Assembly: GCA_030390025.1 (NCBI GenBank)
Contig: CM059432.1
Location: forward strand, 62,932,001 to 62,996,000
Direction: 5' to 3'
Length of the DNA stretch: 64,000 bases
Source: Squalus acanthias
Lineage: Eukaryota
A program made the position numbers and the translations under genes. Of this stretch, positions 1 through 14,001 are shown one piece after another (position 1 is the first letter of the stretch; each line of letters opens with the position of its first letter). The notes under the pieces are model-generated. The model had not been told where the DNA came from. It made no database searches and saw nothing but the letters and a program-made list of their open reading frames with translations.

Positions 1-240
1 CAGAGAGTGGTGAACCTGTGGAATTCTCTACCACAGAAGGTAGTTGAGGCAAATTCATTAAATATATTCAAGAAGGAGATAGATATATTTCCTAAGGCTA
101 AAGGGATCAAGGGATATGGGGAGAAAGCAGGGACAGGGTACTGAATTTAGATGATCAGCCATGATCTCATTAAATGGCGGAGCAGGCTCGAGGGGCCGAA
201 TGGCCTACTCCTGCTCCTATCTTCTATGCTTCTATGCTTC
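1..240 (+). mobile_element. CR1 LINE 3' end (ORF2 C-terminus, 3' UTR, (TTCTATG)n tail)
   Basis: Encodes QRVVNLWNSLPQKVVEA...; 3' UTR GGCTCGAGGGGCCGAATGGCCTACTCCTGCTCC followed by CTTCTATGCTTCTATG. Similar to the CR1 end at 27580-27826. Confidence 0.9.
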
Positions 241-1566
241 TCATCATTATCATAGTTTGCAAGGAAGTCGTTGTCTTTGAGCTGTTCTCCTTCCTCATCA
301 TTGTCATCATGTTCCTCTATCCTCTGCCCACATTGCTGTGGTAGATCTGCAGGAAAGTAGAATGGAAGGTAAAAAATGGTGATCACTACTGCCTTAGGAT
401 TAAAGGGATAGTAAAAAGGGTGGAAGCCTCTTTGGGGACCTTCACGGACGTGACAGTGTAGTTGTTCAGTCAATAACCTAGCACTGGAAATATGTTGATG
501 ACCTCGCCATAGCCCGTGGCACGTGCAGAGTGCTTCATGGGCATTGAGCGCCAATGTCTCCTGCAAGAAGATTGAGTAAGTGAGGGGAAGGCTAGTAATT
601 GAGGAATATGTGTCAAGTGGCATGAGAGAGCTGAAGTAAGAGATATGGGGATATAAGGTTGTTAAAATGGAGGAAGGGGTTTTAGGGTTGTGCATGCGAG
701 GGGAGCCAGGGTAGCCATAATGCAAGTTCTCAAGTTGGAGCTCCCTCACCCCTTAACATTGGAACATATGAAATTGACAGGCAGGAAGAGACCAGCTGGT
801 CCATCAAGCCTGCCCCACATCATGATGGCTGTTGGAATCTTAACAAGAGAGCGTTGTGAAGGGTTAGTTGTACAAATGTTCCATTAAGAGGGTAAAGAAT
901 GTGTTGGTACCCAGGGTGGGCAAGGAAGCAAAGGGAGTGCATCTGATGTGTTACCTTGCTTACCTTGGTGAGGTCATTGAACCTTTTGTGCGACTGGTCT
1001 GCAGTCCTGCGGGTGTGAGAGTTGGCATTCAATGCCAGTACCACTTCCCTCTAGGTGGTATGAGTGAGATTTGTGGCAGGCTTGCTGGCACAGACACCCA
1101 GCAGTCTGTGTTTCTTTAGCTCTATTTCCGCCAGGAAGGCTTGGAGATCAGAGTCTGGAAAATTCTTCTATGCTTGAGTACCCTGCCCTACTTCCTTGTT
1201 TGACTGCTCATTCCAGTGGTTCCTGCTGTAGACATTTTTGAAAGTATGAGGAGAAGATTTATGAGACACGCAGTGAAGTTATCCGAGAATCAATTGAATG
1301 AGTCAAACACCGCTCCTCGCTTACCTGCTTGTGCCCCCCACCCCCCGTTCTCTGCGGCACTGTTTAGCGAGAAATATTTTTGTAAAGGCTACACTCTACA
1401 TTACACTCATTTTACACAGGATTTAAGGCATCCACTGTTCCAATGAGCATGCAAATAAGCTGACCCAGGAAACGCTCATGTAAGTACCTGTTCAGACCAC
1501 CGGCGGGAGCAAATCTTTTTCCAGCAGTGTAACAGCAGTGCAAATCACTGGCAGGAAATTCAGCCC
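241..1566 (-). mobile_element. Degenerate PIF/Harbinger remnant with Myb/SANT-like gene fragments
   Basis: Minus-strand VLALNANSHTRRTADQSHKRFNDLTKVSK resembles Myb exon 1 of the other Harbingers here; TTGCAG|GAGACA acceptor near 560; TIR-like GGAAATTCAGCCC ends at 1566. Left boundary uncertain. Confidence 0.55.
759..838 (-). mobile_element. Severely 5'-truncated CR1-type 3' tail
   Basis: Reverse complement reads GGGGCAGGCTTGATGGACCAGCTGGTCTCTTCCTGCC...TTCATATGTTCC; flanked by the direct repeat CTTAACA (752-758 / 839-845). Confidence 0.6.
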
Positions 1567-3293
1567 TCTGATTTTTTTAATGTACATTTCCCGCACCTCC
1601 ATATTTCCCACAGAAGTCATTCTTCTCTCTGTTCCCTTCTTCCACTATTAGAAAAAGATAGTTTGAGCTACTGCACAATCGGTGGTCATGATTCAATTCA
1701 GAGAAGGGCCCTGAAAATCACCCTGCCTGATTGCTCCTATCAACAGACATTATTATCTCATACCATTCAGAAATAATATGACAGATGTGCTGAGCTCCAT
1801 AAACAGTTTTTAGAGGGATGCAAGTGTCTTCATAAATTACAAATTATACTGGGGCAGATTTGAGGCACACTTATTCATTGCATTGCATGTACAATTGCCA
1901 AATAATTTGCTCCGGGATATCAGAGCAGGTAAATAGTGAAAGATTGTTTCCCTTGGTTGGTGAATTACATTTTTTTTACATAAATGGCTATTAGAACGTT
2001 GATTTACGTTGGATTTTCGTACCTCTGCTATCTTACCACTGCCTCTGATCCATGTTGTAATTTCTATTTATATAGTAGACAGTAGACTGGTATAGTGCCT
2101 TCCAAATCATGCAGTTCCCACAAATGTTTTAATTTTTCTTAAAGATGGTTGTAGTGGAAACATATCCATGTGAGACTTTAGGACTGAAAATCCTTGAGCC
2201 TGCTCTGTCAGTGGAGCAGGTGCCAGTGACCTCCACTCCTAACCCTGCCGGAGTATGCGGGTAAGGGCAGGGTCAGTTGATTTGAATAGTAACAGAGGGT
2301 GCTTGCACCACTATGGGTACATCTTGAGTGCTCGCCTGAGGAGACAGGGGGAAAGCAGTGCTGGCAAGTCGCTTGCTGATCTACCTGTGCCATTGTTGAA
2401 TTTCTTTTTATGTGCTACCCTTTATAAAAGGGCCGATATTACAAATTAAACTATCATTTTGATTGAAGGTCCAAGTTAGGACACAGACCTGGAGCCCCCC
2501 GATGGGCTCCCACCTCCACCGCTGAGGTGATCTGCATGCCGACTTCATTCCAGCATTCAGGTCGTTCAATGTTAGGGAGGTCGGAGCCGAGGAAATTCCC
2601 AGTGTGAGAATTCCATCTCCGTACCCTCGTCCCCTTGGATGTTATGGGCCATGTTTGAAGCAGAGGGAGGTTTGCCCCAAACAGTCCATGAAAGAAACTC
2701 ATGGCCAGGGCTCGTATTTGGTGTATCCAGTCTTGTCTGATGTCCATGTGGCCATATTACACTCCTAGTTGATTTACACTGGGAGTGTCCTGCTCGCCTT
2801 GCAGAGATTTGGAGCCATTATTGCTGCTGAGTATTTGCAACATGTGCTATTTTATGTAGTGTTCAAAGGTGATCCATCAACTTCAACCCTACAGTTTCAA
2901 ATCCTACTAAATTTTTAAGAGTATAATTGTACCCTGAATGCTGCGCCATATAAGCAGGGAAGTTTATTTTTGTACTATGATGAGCTGGCCATACTAGTTC
3001 TCACCTACCATCAGGGAGAAGTTCTTGCCATAGTGCGGCACTCTTTATCAAACTGTCCAACAGTTGATGAAATTCTCTGCCAGAAGTGACTGCTGAGCTC
3101 AAATAACATACGAATCAAAGAACTGAACCTGTGACTAATTATGCTAACAGACCAATTGCTAATGGTTACAGTAATTGTTCAGAGTATCAATTTGATCATC
3201 CAAGGGGACCCACCAATTATCACTTAAAAATATCTTCTGTCTCTACTTCCAATCTGCTTTGATTTTCATTAAGACACAATCATAAAATATTCT

Positions 3294-3946
3294 GGCCTAG
3301 AATTTCCGAGAGCCCCACTCTGGCCATGTAAGTGCGATGGAGCGGAACGCCACTCTGCAATGCCCAAAGCTAGATTGCCTGTCCTCAACCGCTCATATGG
3401 GGTCATTTAAATACCCGGAGTGCCTTGCCAGCGCCTTCAAGGATGCATCAGTGGCAGCCAGCTTGGCTTGAGCAATCTGCTGTCCTAAGACAGAGCAGGG
3501 TCCACCCAAGGCCCAAATAGGCCGAAGAAAAATCTTTTCTTTTAAAGTCTTTTGCTCCTACAGGAGCCACTTTAACTAGAGAAGAGACTAATTACCTTGC
3601 TCTAGGTTTGGGGTGTTCAGAAGGCCTCAAAGGAAATCACACCAGGTCTCAACTGGAGTAAGTTACGCTGAGGGCCTTCAAGGTCATAATGGGAGGAATT
3701 TCCTAGGGAAGCCTGGGAACTCCACCTGACACGCCTATTTGATGTAGGGGGTCAGGCAGAGGATGGGTAACTGCTTCCCCAATCAAAATTTAAAGGCCAA
3801 TCTAAAAGGGGCAGAATCCAAGCAAAAATCCATGGCAGTTCTAGTGCAACCTCTTTGTAACTTTGGCGGGAGTGTGCCAGAAAGGCCGCGAATTAGGCGG
3901 GGACACAGTTGCACTGCAACTAGTTAGGCCGGAATTTGCTCGCCCA
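3294..3946. mobile_element. Putative degenerate Harbinger-type MITE
   Basis: Imperfect ends GGCCTAGAATTTCC ... GGAATTTGCTCGCCC resemble the TIRs of other MITEs in the window; no clear TSD. Confidence 0.45.
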
Positions 3947-4226
3947 TGGGATTTGAGGGATTGACTGTCAGTAAGCCATTCAACTGTAGGGCCATTTTTG
4001 CTGTACCCAATGTTCAGACAAATATTTAATTTTAATTTTTCCTGTCCCTACCCCACTAACATTTCTAAAGAGATCAGCTAACTTGACACAAATCGGTGAT
4101 AGAATCTGGGATGTTCCTGGTCTGTGTGTTTCTCAGTATCCACTGAATTATTCAGAAACCCACTCCCTTCCCTGCTGGGAGCCTAATGGTGTTGGTCCAG
4201 TACCTGGGGTAAACCTAATAAACTCT

Positions 4227-4985
4227 GGGCTAGAAATTCCATATCTCCCTGTTTGGGGAGCTAAATTTTCAAAAGTTGAAAAAGTAGCGCCAGGCGCTAA
4301 TCATTCTTTCCTGCCGGGAACTTCGGCTTTAGCGCTCCAAGAGGGAAGTAGAGCGCTAAATCAAGCGCTATCACTTCCCTTAGAGCGCTAAAGTGAGCGA
4401 GAGGGGTGGGAGCGGCAGAGCACTGCACAATGTTCCGTGCAGTGCTGTTGTCTTTGGAGGCTCATTCCCTCGCTTAAAGGGAAGGGCCAATGTTGGTTTG
4501 AATCAATCCTCATGCTATCTCTGTGGGGCCACAGGACCTGTGCTACGTGCATAATAGCCCCAATCACTCGAAGAGAGTGCAGGGCTGAGGAATGGTGGCG
4601 GCAAAACAAATCAGGAGGCACCAGAATGGGGAGATAAATACATTTTGGCCTATCTGACCACCACTGCCTTTAAATACCGCTCCCCAAGTGGCCAGCTGAG
4701 GTGACAACGCCTCCTGCAGCTGCCGTTGTTGACGCCTGGCGATGCTGCAGGGGGCAGGAGCGAATATTACATCCGGGGTGGCAACGGGGTGCTGCGCACC
4801 GGATGATGTCACGATCTACGGGGCGCAAGAGAGCGAGGCGGTAAGTGTTACCGCCAGCGCAAAACTGTCAGGGAAGCTCGCGGGCGTCTGTGATTTTGCC
4901 GCGACCGGTTGGTAACCCCTTAGCGCCCCATTACCGCCCCCCGCAGGCGCTAACATGAGGCGCTAAGCAGCAGAATTTCTAGCCC
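4227..4985 (+). mobile_element. Harbinger-type MITE (GC-rich family 1)
   Basis: TIR GGGCTAGAAATTC ... GAATTTCTAGCCC; internally similar to 11063-11778 and, reversed, to 29403-30297. Confidence 0.85.
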
Positions 4986-5177
4986 ATCTAGTTCTTGGAG
5001 TGATCCTAAAAAAAACAGTACTTAGACTGAACAGACAGCTAATTCAGTTCCTTAAGTTATCCTAACAGTCAGTCCAATTGCAGGTGTGACACCTAGCGTG
5101 CAGTGTTTGGAGGTAATGTAATGGAGTTCAATCCCTGGAACCATAACAGATTTAATCCAGTCCCTCTGAGCCAATTG

Positions 5178-6876
5178 GAGTTGTGGTGGTGAGCCGCCTT
5201 CCTGAACCACTGCAGTCCGTGAGGTAACGGTACTCCCATAGTGCTGTTAAGGTGGGAGTTCTAGGATTTTGACCCAGCGACGTTGAAGGAACAGCGATAT
5301 ATTTCCAAGTCAGGATGGTATGTGACTTGGAGGGGATCTTGGAGGTGATGGTATTCCCATGCGCCTGCTGCCCTTGTTCTTCTAGGTGGTAGCGGTCACG
5401 GGTTTGGGAGGTGCTGTCGAAGAGGCCTTGGCGAGTTGCTGCAGTGCATCTTGTAGATGGTACACACTGCAGTCACAGTGGAGGGAGTGAATGTTTAAGA
5501 TGGTAGATTGGTTGCCAATCAAGCGGGCTGCTTTGTCCTGAATGGTGTCGAGCTTCTTGAGTGTTCCAGCACACTCCTGACTTGTGCCTTGTAGATGGTG
5601 GAAAGGCATTGGGGAGTCAGGTGGTGAGACACTCACTGCAGAATAACCCAGCCTCTGACCTGCTCTTGTAGGCACAGTATTTATGTGGCTGGTCCAGTTA
5701 AGTTTCTGGTCAATAGTGACCCTCCAGAATGTTGATGGTGGGGAATTCGGCGATGGTTATGCTGTTGAATGTCAAGGGGCAGTGGTTAGACTGTCGTTTG
5801 TTGGAGGTAGTCATTGCCTGGCACTTGTGTGGCGTGAATGTTACCTGCCACTTATCAGCCCAAGCCTGAATGTCATCCAGGTCTTGCTGCATGTGGGCAT
5901 GGACTGCTTTATTATCTGAGATGATGCGAATGGAACTGAACACTGTGCAAACATCAGCGAACATCCCCACTTCTGACCTTATGATGGAGGGAAGGTCATT
6001 GATGAAGCAGCTGAAGATGGTTGGGCCTAGGACACTGCCCTGTGGAACTCCTGCAGCGATGTCCTGGGGCTGAGATGATTGACCTCCAACAACTGCAACC
6101 TTTGTGCTAGGTATGACTCCAACCAGTGGAGAGTTTTCCCCCTTGATTCCCATTGACTTCAATTTTACTACGGCTCCTTGATGCCACACTTGGTCAAATG
6201 CTGCCTTGATGTCAAAGGCCGTCACTCTCCCCTCACCTCTGGAATTCAGCTCTTTTGTCCATGTTTGGACCAAGGCTGTAATGATGTCTGGAGTTGAGTG
6301 GTCCTGGCGGAACCCAAACTGAGCATTGGTGAGCAGGTTTTTGATAATTAAGTGCCGCTTGATAGCACTGGCGATGACACCTTCCATCACTTTGCTGATG
6401 ATTGAGAGTAGAGTGATGGGGTGGTAGTTGGCCTGATTGGATTTGTCCTGCTATTTGTGGACAGGAGATAACTGGGCAGTTTTCCACATTGTCGGGTAGA
6501 TGCCAGTGTTGCAGCTGCACTGGAACAGCTTGGCTAGAGGCGCGGCTAGTTCTGGAGCACAAGTCTTCAGCAAGACAGACGGGATGCTGTCGGGGCCCAT
6601 AGCCTTTGCTGTATCCAGTGTGCTCAGCCATTTCTTGATATCACGTGGAGTGAATCGAATTGGCTGAAGACTGGTTTCTGTGATGGTGGGGACCTCAGGA
6701 GGAGGCCAAGAGGGATCATCCTCTCGGCACTTCTGGCTGAAGATGGTTGCAAATGCTTCAGCCTTGTCTTTTGCACTCGCTTGCTGGGCTCCACCATCAT
6801 TGAGGATGGGAATATTCATGGAGCCTCCTCCTCCCGTTAGTTGTTTAATTGTCCATTGCCATTCTAGCTGAGACAT
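5178..6876 (-). mobile_element. CR1/L2-group LINE, RT pseudogene (5'-truncated, frameshifted)
   Basis: Minus ORFs with [34 protein letters not shown] and MFADV RT motifs; same family as 41252-42927. Confidence 0.92.
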
Positions 6877-8409
6877 TTTGGCACCGATTAGGAATCAAAG
6901 CCTGGGATTATTGAGTGAATTGAGTGAATTTAATGCAATCAGTACAGTCTTGGAGTGAGTCTAATGGAGTTGGTCCAGTGCTGGAGGGAATAGGTTGAGC
7001 GACCAATATTCTCTTGATTTTCCAGAGTTGTTAAAAACTTGATGATGTGGTTTTATAAATAGTTAAACTAAATAAAGTCACGCTATGTATCAATAAGAAC
7101 ACTTACCTCTGCCCCAACCCTTTAAATGCACTGGACATCACATCACCTATCTGACACACGTGCTGACATTCAGGTAGAACAGGAGATTGAATAAAACTAC
7201 TTTCATCAGCTTGGTTCAAAAACTTTTGTTTCTGAGCTGGTTTCAGGCACCAGGAAGTGGGAGTTTTTAATCTGATCTAAAATAGAAGCAGAATTTATCT
7301 GTAGTATTTCTACAGAGCGTTTTGATTCAAAACAGCTGTACATTTTTTTAATGAATCTGAATTTACAGCTGCAAAGTAAAGAAGGCTTCTCCATAACTGT
7401 TGTGTTTAATTGAAGGGAGCGAATAACATTTAAATGCCGTCTAAGTAGAACCTTGTCATTCTAAAGTGCTGAATCCATTTCCAGTGTTATAGGTCGCAGT
7501 CTTCTCAGCTCCAACAACACCCTCCTCTCCTCCGAGCTCAGCAGTGTAAATTCCTGGTTCGTCCAGTGGGTCAGGTTGACGACATAGTGGCGTTCTACCC
7601 ACAGATTGACGAGCCCTAAGATGCCGATTTGCTGTACATGGCAGCCACGCTGGAGCCGAGGCACATCTGGAGTGGAGTAAACTTACTGAGAAACAGAGGC
7701 CTTGGCCAGGGCCATCAGAAATAGACAGCAGCCACTGAAAACAGACCCTCCCCCATCCCTGTCTATTTCCTTATATAAACATAGCTGATCGAGTGGGTGC
7801 ACTCACCCTTTCACAGCTCTAAAACACAACATCCTTACGTGCATTAAAACATTACGAATATTGTTAAAAATAATGTTAGAGTCTGGAGTCACTGAGTAAA
7901 TCATTTCATTACAGTGTCTGTATTGTGTTAGTTAAACAAGGCTGTACTGATATCTTCAGCAGAGATTTCAGTTGCCTGGAAAGTGGCTGTAGTGTTTATG
8001 ACATCATCATGCCAGTGGCACATTGTAAGTAATTGGGCTCTGTTTTCCCATTGACTTCAAAAGGAAACTTTGTTCTCCTAGAATTATAGTTACGTATTTT
8101 TGTGTCTACTGTTTAGACTCTGGGGGGAGGGCTAGATTATTTTTAAAGGTTTCTCCCTGTGATTCAGGTGTTAGTAATACGCAATAGGACCTTCAAAAGG
8201 CACTTTAGCAAAAAAGCAATACATTGATAGCTCAATCTCGCTTTCTTATTTAGATTGACTTTGATGACAGCTAATACAATTTAACCTATTAATTGATGAG
8301 TTGTTACTAGCGCTACCAGTATGGCAGGTGCATTGTGTAGTATTCACATAGTATGCAAATAGAGCTAACATTGCTCATTCAAGGGAAAATTATCTTGGGC
8401 TCCCCAATA

Positions 8410-8720
8410 ACTCAATGAATAGATGCCTGGCTATGTAGGCCAAAGGCTCCTGGGCTTTGATTCCTAATCTGTGCCAAAATGCCTCAGCTAGAATGACAGT
8501 GAGGGCGCTAAAATTGCCAAGGTCCTACTGTTGATTGCTAACCCCTGACACTAACCGGAGGGTAGATGGCAGGAGAGGACAGTACCAGATTCAGCAGTGA
8601 TGCCCCCCACAATACTATAGGCTGCTGACATTGTCTAGGCTCACAAATGGGCACTTGGGCAAGGTGCTAGAGGGCTACCATCGCCTGTGGAATGATACAC
8701 CAATGTGAGTCAAAACCCAA
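8410..8720 (+). repeat. Old SINE-like dispersed repeat (unnamed)
   Basis: Shares motifs such as GTCTAGGCTCA and a degenerate box-B-like head with the reverse complement of 15060-15415. Family not identified; boundaries approximate. Confidence 0.45.
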
Positions 8721-8850
8721 AGGAATTCCTATATCCATATTTTTAATCATTAACGAAAACGTGTTACCAAAAGAATTAGCAAAACAAATCAAACAAGCAA
8801 AAATGTAACAGAAGAAAACTCCAACAATCACTAATTCAGCTCTCAAAAAT

Positions 8851-9609
8851 TAGGGTGACCATACATCCCTGTTTTCCGGGGACAGTCCCCGGATGAGGTA
8901 CTGTGTCCCCGGGCAAACAATGTCCCCGAAGAGACCCCAGTTCAGGAAACTCATCCCCGAATAGGCACGGGTTCAAATCAGGAGCCACGTGACCCCGAAC
9001 TGCCCTGCGGTCGGTCAATAAAGTGGGCAGGGCTGTGCGGCGGGGCGGGTTCTGATTGGTGGGAGGGATGTCAATCTCCTATTTTCAACCAGTAGAAGGG
9101 GCGGACTCACGAGGGACTTTAATTTATGCAGAGATCACGCTCTGTAGCTGAAGTACGTATGCTCCGCCCCACCAAACCCCCAACCCCCAACCCCGCCCAC
9201 CGAATCCCCGGATAGGCCTGTGAAATTCGGTTGAAGAGAAATCGGCTCTGGAGTAACGAGTAATGGGGGGCCGCTGGTAACCGGACTAATGAGCGGCGGC
9301 TGGAGCGGGTCATGTGGATGACCCGAGAGCCGGATCAGAGCACACTCCGCGGCCTCAGATGGTGTGGGTGAGTGTCGGGCTGTGCGAAGGGGGAGGAGCC
9401 GGTGATTGTGGCCGGCAGAAGCTGTGAACAGTGGCCGCATTATTCAGGCAGAAAGTTCTGGCGCTGCTTTTTGCAGATTCAGTTTGCATCAAATTAACAA
9501 AAATCTTTGCCTTGCTACGCTGCACAACCTACAGTTTCCATCCTGGCTACTTTGCTGTGCTCCCACTCTGTGTGTTCCCAGATTCGCATTAGAAAATATG
9601 GTCACCCTA
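8851..9609. mobile_element. Non-autonomous hAT-superfamily element
   Basis: TIR TAGGGTGACCATA ... TATGGTCACCCTA; 8-bp TSD TCAAAAAT / TTAAAAAT (7 of 8 match). Confidence 0.88.
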
Positions 9610-9684
9610 TTAAAAATCCAAAGTTGAAGTCAATAATCAAAAAAAGCTGGTCAACGGGTTCCTTTTACAAGATTGAGACACATT

Positions 9685-9815
9685 GAGCTAAAAATTCGTT
9701 TGCCCCTGATAATGGGCGCCAGGATCCCAATGCTGGATCAACCCACGCCCGTTCAAAGTAATGCAGGCAGCACGCTAACCTCGTGCTGCCTGCTGATTAA
9801 CATGATTGCACAGAT
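9685..9815 (+). mobile_element. Truncated Harbinger left end
   Basis: GCAGCACGCTAACCTCGTGCTGCCTGCTGATTAACATGATTGCA matches the subterminal sequence at 58066-58110. Confidence 0.55.
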
Positions 9816-11062
9816 ACCAGTTGACACTTGCAATGCTACCCAATTGTTTTTTTATGAATCGAGGAGGATTCCTGAATATCACGATTGGTAGGTGGTCTGA
9901 TATCGGATTGGGGAGAAGCTGGTTGCAGTGAAACCTGCTAGCTGTTTTCTCCTCACTGTCCTGTGTGTGTTCCTGTGTTTATGTAACAGCATCATCAAGC
10001 ACATCGATATGATGGTGTCATTTGAATTTTTTTTGAGCATCACAGCATGAATGATACCATTTCTGCATTGATGACCGTATAAGAGTCTGTGGTTCATCCA
10101 CTATATGACTACTGCACTTAGAAAATCAAGGCTAGTATTTCCTAAAATACAGTTCATAGCACGATGCTAAATGTAGGTTGTTGTTGGCACTGATACAGTT
10201 CTTAGCAATTCCACAAAACATTTGGCCCCAGAAAGTCTGTATTGCAAAACCCTTGTGAAATTATTAGCAGCTGGCAACAACTGCATTTTGAAACTCAATT
10301 GTGCTTTGCTTTTGAAATCAATGGTCTGCAATACCTGGATGATATACTGTCTAAGCTGCATGACAACATCATCCACAGGCTGTTCCATTAGGGTTTAGCA
10401 TAGTTTGAAAATGTAATAAGATTAATTTCTAAAAAAAATTCAAGTAATTTCAAATGGTTTTAAAAGAAACTTTTTGTACCATTTGTCTTCAGTAATAAAA
10501 GTGAGTGCAGCCTGGAAGCATGGTGGTTTTAAATGGCTGATACCACTAAGGCTTCAGCTTTGAGCGTCTATGGAGACTCATATGCAAATTTGGTATTTAT
10601 AAGTATCATGAGTTTCATCTGATTTGTGTGTTGGATTCATATTTTACAGCGGAAAGTCACTCATACCAACTCACGAGACAAAGGGCCAGATTTTGACTTT
10701 GTGCGATAATGTAGAATGGGTGATAGCAAATCAGCAGCCCATTTTACATCTCTCCCGATTTTTATTTCCATTATCGACAAATATTTTAATCAGGCCTGTT
10801 TAGGGCATGACTGCTGGCTGCCTATTTTGAGGCTTGCTCAAAAGTTACGTCAGGCAGACCTGAGGCGAGAAGATAACAGCAAGTTTTCTCGTCCTACTGC
10901 CCCGTTCACACTGAAAAACGGAGCGGTATCTGTGATAAACTGCAATCCTGGATAAGAAAATGCTGAACATTTTACACTTTAACGTTGATTGTTTTAAAAG
11001 CTAGAATTCCATGAAAATTGAATTTTCACCTAACAACTCACCAAATTTTATCTGCAATCTAC

Positions 11063-11778
11063 GGGCGAGAAATCCGATTACGCCCTGTTTGCGGGCGATA
11101 ACCGGGTTAAGGCCAGACATTTTGCGCCCGGTGCGGAAGTACCGCCCTGGCCGCTAAATTTGGCTTACCGCCCCGCACAGGAAGTGGAGCAGAATCTCGG
11201 GCACTCCACTTCCTGGTGGGGTGGTAACCGAGGCAATGTTGGGGCGTGATCGACAGCGCTCCACAACGCGCTGCCGCGTTTCAACACCCCTCCCTTCAGT
11301 TAAAGGGAAGGGCCGCTGCGCACTCTGCAGGGCCTCCGATGGCCCACACTATGGCAGCATCCTGGACCACACCACGTCCCGCCACGGAGAGCCAACCTGG
11401 AGGTCAGCCAAAAATTGAAAATAGCGGTGCGGGGCGCAGCCGCACCTCCCCTTTAAATACCGCCCCATGAGCGGAGGTCGGCCCGGTTCGCGACCTGGGA
11501 GGCTGCCGCTGACACGCCTGCAGCAGTCTCGTGGAGCGCAACTGAATTTCTGCCACGGGGCGGTAAGGGACTGCCACGGGGCGCTAAAGGGTTGCGGCAC
11601 ACGCCGATGACGTCATCGCCGGCGGCCCGGGGCGCTACCGGCGGGGGTGCGGCGCTATCAGGTAACGCCTCACCAACACCTTACCGAATTTCTCAGGAGG
11701 CGCTTTTTTCACCACCCCCCCAGTCGATTAGCCCTTTCCGCCCCCTGGAGGCACTAACGGCCGGCGAATTTCTAGCCC
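11063..11778 (+). mobile_element. Harbinger-type MITE (GC-rich family 1)
   Basis: TIR GGGCGAGAAATCCG ... CGAATTTCTAGCCC; TSD TAC/TAC. Appears to sit in an older MITE starting near 10683 (GGGCCAGATTTTG). Confidence 0.9.
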
Positions 11779-13894
11779 TACGCCTCTTAATTTAAAGTTG
11801 CCTAATTCAAATTGTCTGATGATTCAAACGTTGTTTTTAGCTCTAAATTCTCATTTTGCCACAGTACTTGTGTGTCTTAATTTGAATTATTGGATAATTC
11901 AAACCCTGAGCACAAAGCATGATATGAATTATCAAGAGTAGATTTATAATTGATAAAATCTGCAAAAACTGCATTACACAGCCAGAGAAATAGGGGCATC
12001 ATAGTGGCCAGTCTTCCCAAGCTCACTAAAAGTAATGCAAGTAAACAGAACACACAAATGTTTCTTTATTAAGAATATTTTCTGAATAAACCTCAAATAG
12101 CTTGTCCGACAACATGTGGTAAAGGCAGTATCAGCAGATTCTGGTAGGTCTTGGAGAATCCAAAAAAGTTATATTGCACAATCTTGTTTTTCTTTAAACC
12201 TTCTATAAAAGTACTGCAGAGTTTTTATCTACTTAACTCCCCCTCTCATTCTTTTGCTCTTCCGCAGTAAATCACTTATAGTTCTGACCTGCCACAAAGC
12301 GGACATAACCAGTATTTATTGTTGCATTTACCAAGTGACTAAATTAATCTTTGAAATTAAAGGAAGCTCTCTTAGTAACGCTGTCTGAACTTAAACAAAT
12401 TTGTCATTGATGGATTAAAGAAGCTGCATTTTATACAAGTGCTTTTTCTTTCCCAACAATATAATATGGTATCCGTTATTGTGACGGCACAAATACCAAA
12501 AAGGCAAAAGCATCACTTGTAAAATCTAGTTTATACAAACGTGGGCACTTTTATTGGGCTTATTCGACATATGCACACAGTATTTCTCACCTCCTCTGTG
12601 TTGGTATTTTCACATTTCTGCCAACTTCCTTGAGACGAAAATCAGTCTCTGCTAACTATAGTAAGACTTTTCTAAAATGCACACATCACTCCTGCATGCT
12701 AAGTATTCTTCTTATTTTAGAACGTGAACCGTTGAGGTGGTAGGGCGGTGGGGGACGAGGAAAGAGTGTCAAGGAATTCATTGTCTGTTCTCCACCTGTT
12801 GTTATTCTGGTCCCAATCAACCTGCTAGCCAGTCTGGAGCCAGTGGCCATCTGGAAATACTGCTGTGTTTATAAACTTGGCATGGAGCAGCACTCCAGGG
12901 CCCTGACCTCCCACACAAATCTGGAAACAATTATAATAGATAGGCGGTGGATTGCAAAAAAAACCCTTCACAAGGCTCTGTGTGGAGCTTTGCCTACCAT
13001 GGGGATGTGAAGGCCTTGTTAGTGGTATAGTGAGTTTAAACATCTCTGATTTGCTGAATGACTCAGTTGTTTCTGGTTACTGGCACTGTGCTCTCTTTTC
13101 ACTGCTCCTACGCCCTCCTACCTTCCGAGCTTTCCCTTAAGGACTTTTGGTACTTTTGAAAGCTGAAGTATATTTTTCTCTTGGCCTACGTAAGCTGCAT
13201 TTCAAAACCAGAGAAAAAAGTCAAATCTGAACAATGCTGCCAAGTGCTGCAGTACTCTTAATTGCTCCCATAGTCCAAGTTGAAAGTTTTGTGCAATTGC
13301 AAAGCTTGTATGACGTTAAAAAGGAAAGGAAGGTCAACACTATTGCTTTATGTATATAGGAACTAATGTGATCTCATGCTTAATCTAACAGTATGCAATG
13401 TTTACATTCTTACGGTAGATCTAATAATATCAATACCGCAGGCAATAAAATATGATCACACGCATGCGAAAGTTCACATTTGGGAAATTTGGAACTATAA
13501 AAGAGGTTAAAGAGAATATAAAGATGTTAGTTTGACCAATTGTTATTCTAGAAAGATGATGCATTACAATATCTAAACTAAACCAAATCTCGAGGTGAAT
13601 CCTCTGAATTTTATCAGTGACTAACATGTAGTCAATCACAGGTTAACAATGTTATTAAGATCATCTAAAATTAAAGATGGTTTGAAAAATCTTGATAGGA
13701 ACAGGTTATACATTATTAGTCCAACTCAGATGCATTCAGTCAATTAATGTCAAATTTAAAGTGTTGGCTTCTCTATTGTGACCCGGCCCTAAAATATGCA
13801 TTCTTTGGGATAGGATGCATTAAAAATTGACATTTTGCTCTTTAAAATCTGTGATGAGGTTAAGGAATGGAATATCTCTATATTAGTAATATAA

Positions 13895-13950
13895 TGATGG
13901 AAATTAATTATTATATAATTAATTATTATTAATTATTATATTATAATAAA
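13895..13950. repeat. AT-rich low-complexity tract
   Basis: ATTAATTATTATATAATTAATTATTATT... Confidence 0.8.
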
Positions 13951-14001
13951 GTCTGTTAGATTGACATATCCTATTTAAAGTCGTGATAGAGTTTGCTTAA
14001 T

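Noticed and set aside
147..749. 200-aa minus-strand ORF
   Set aside because: Spans a Myb intron/exon remnant and antisense CR1 tail; no coherent protein.
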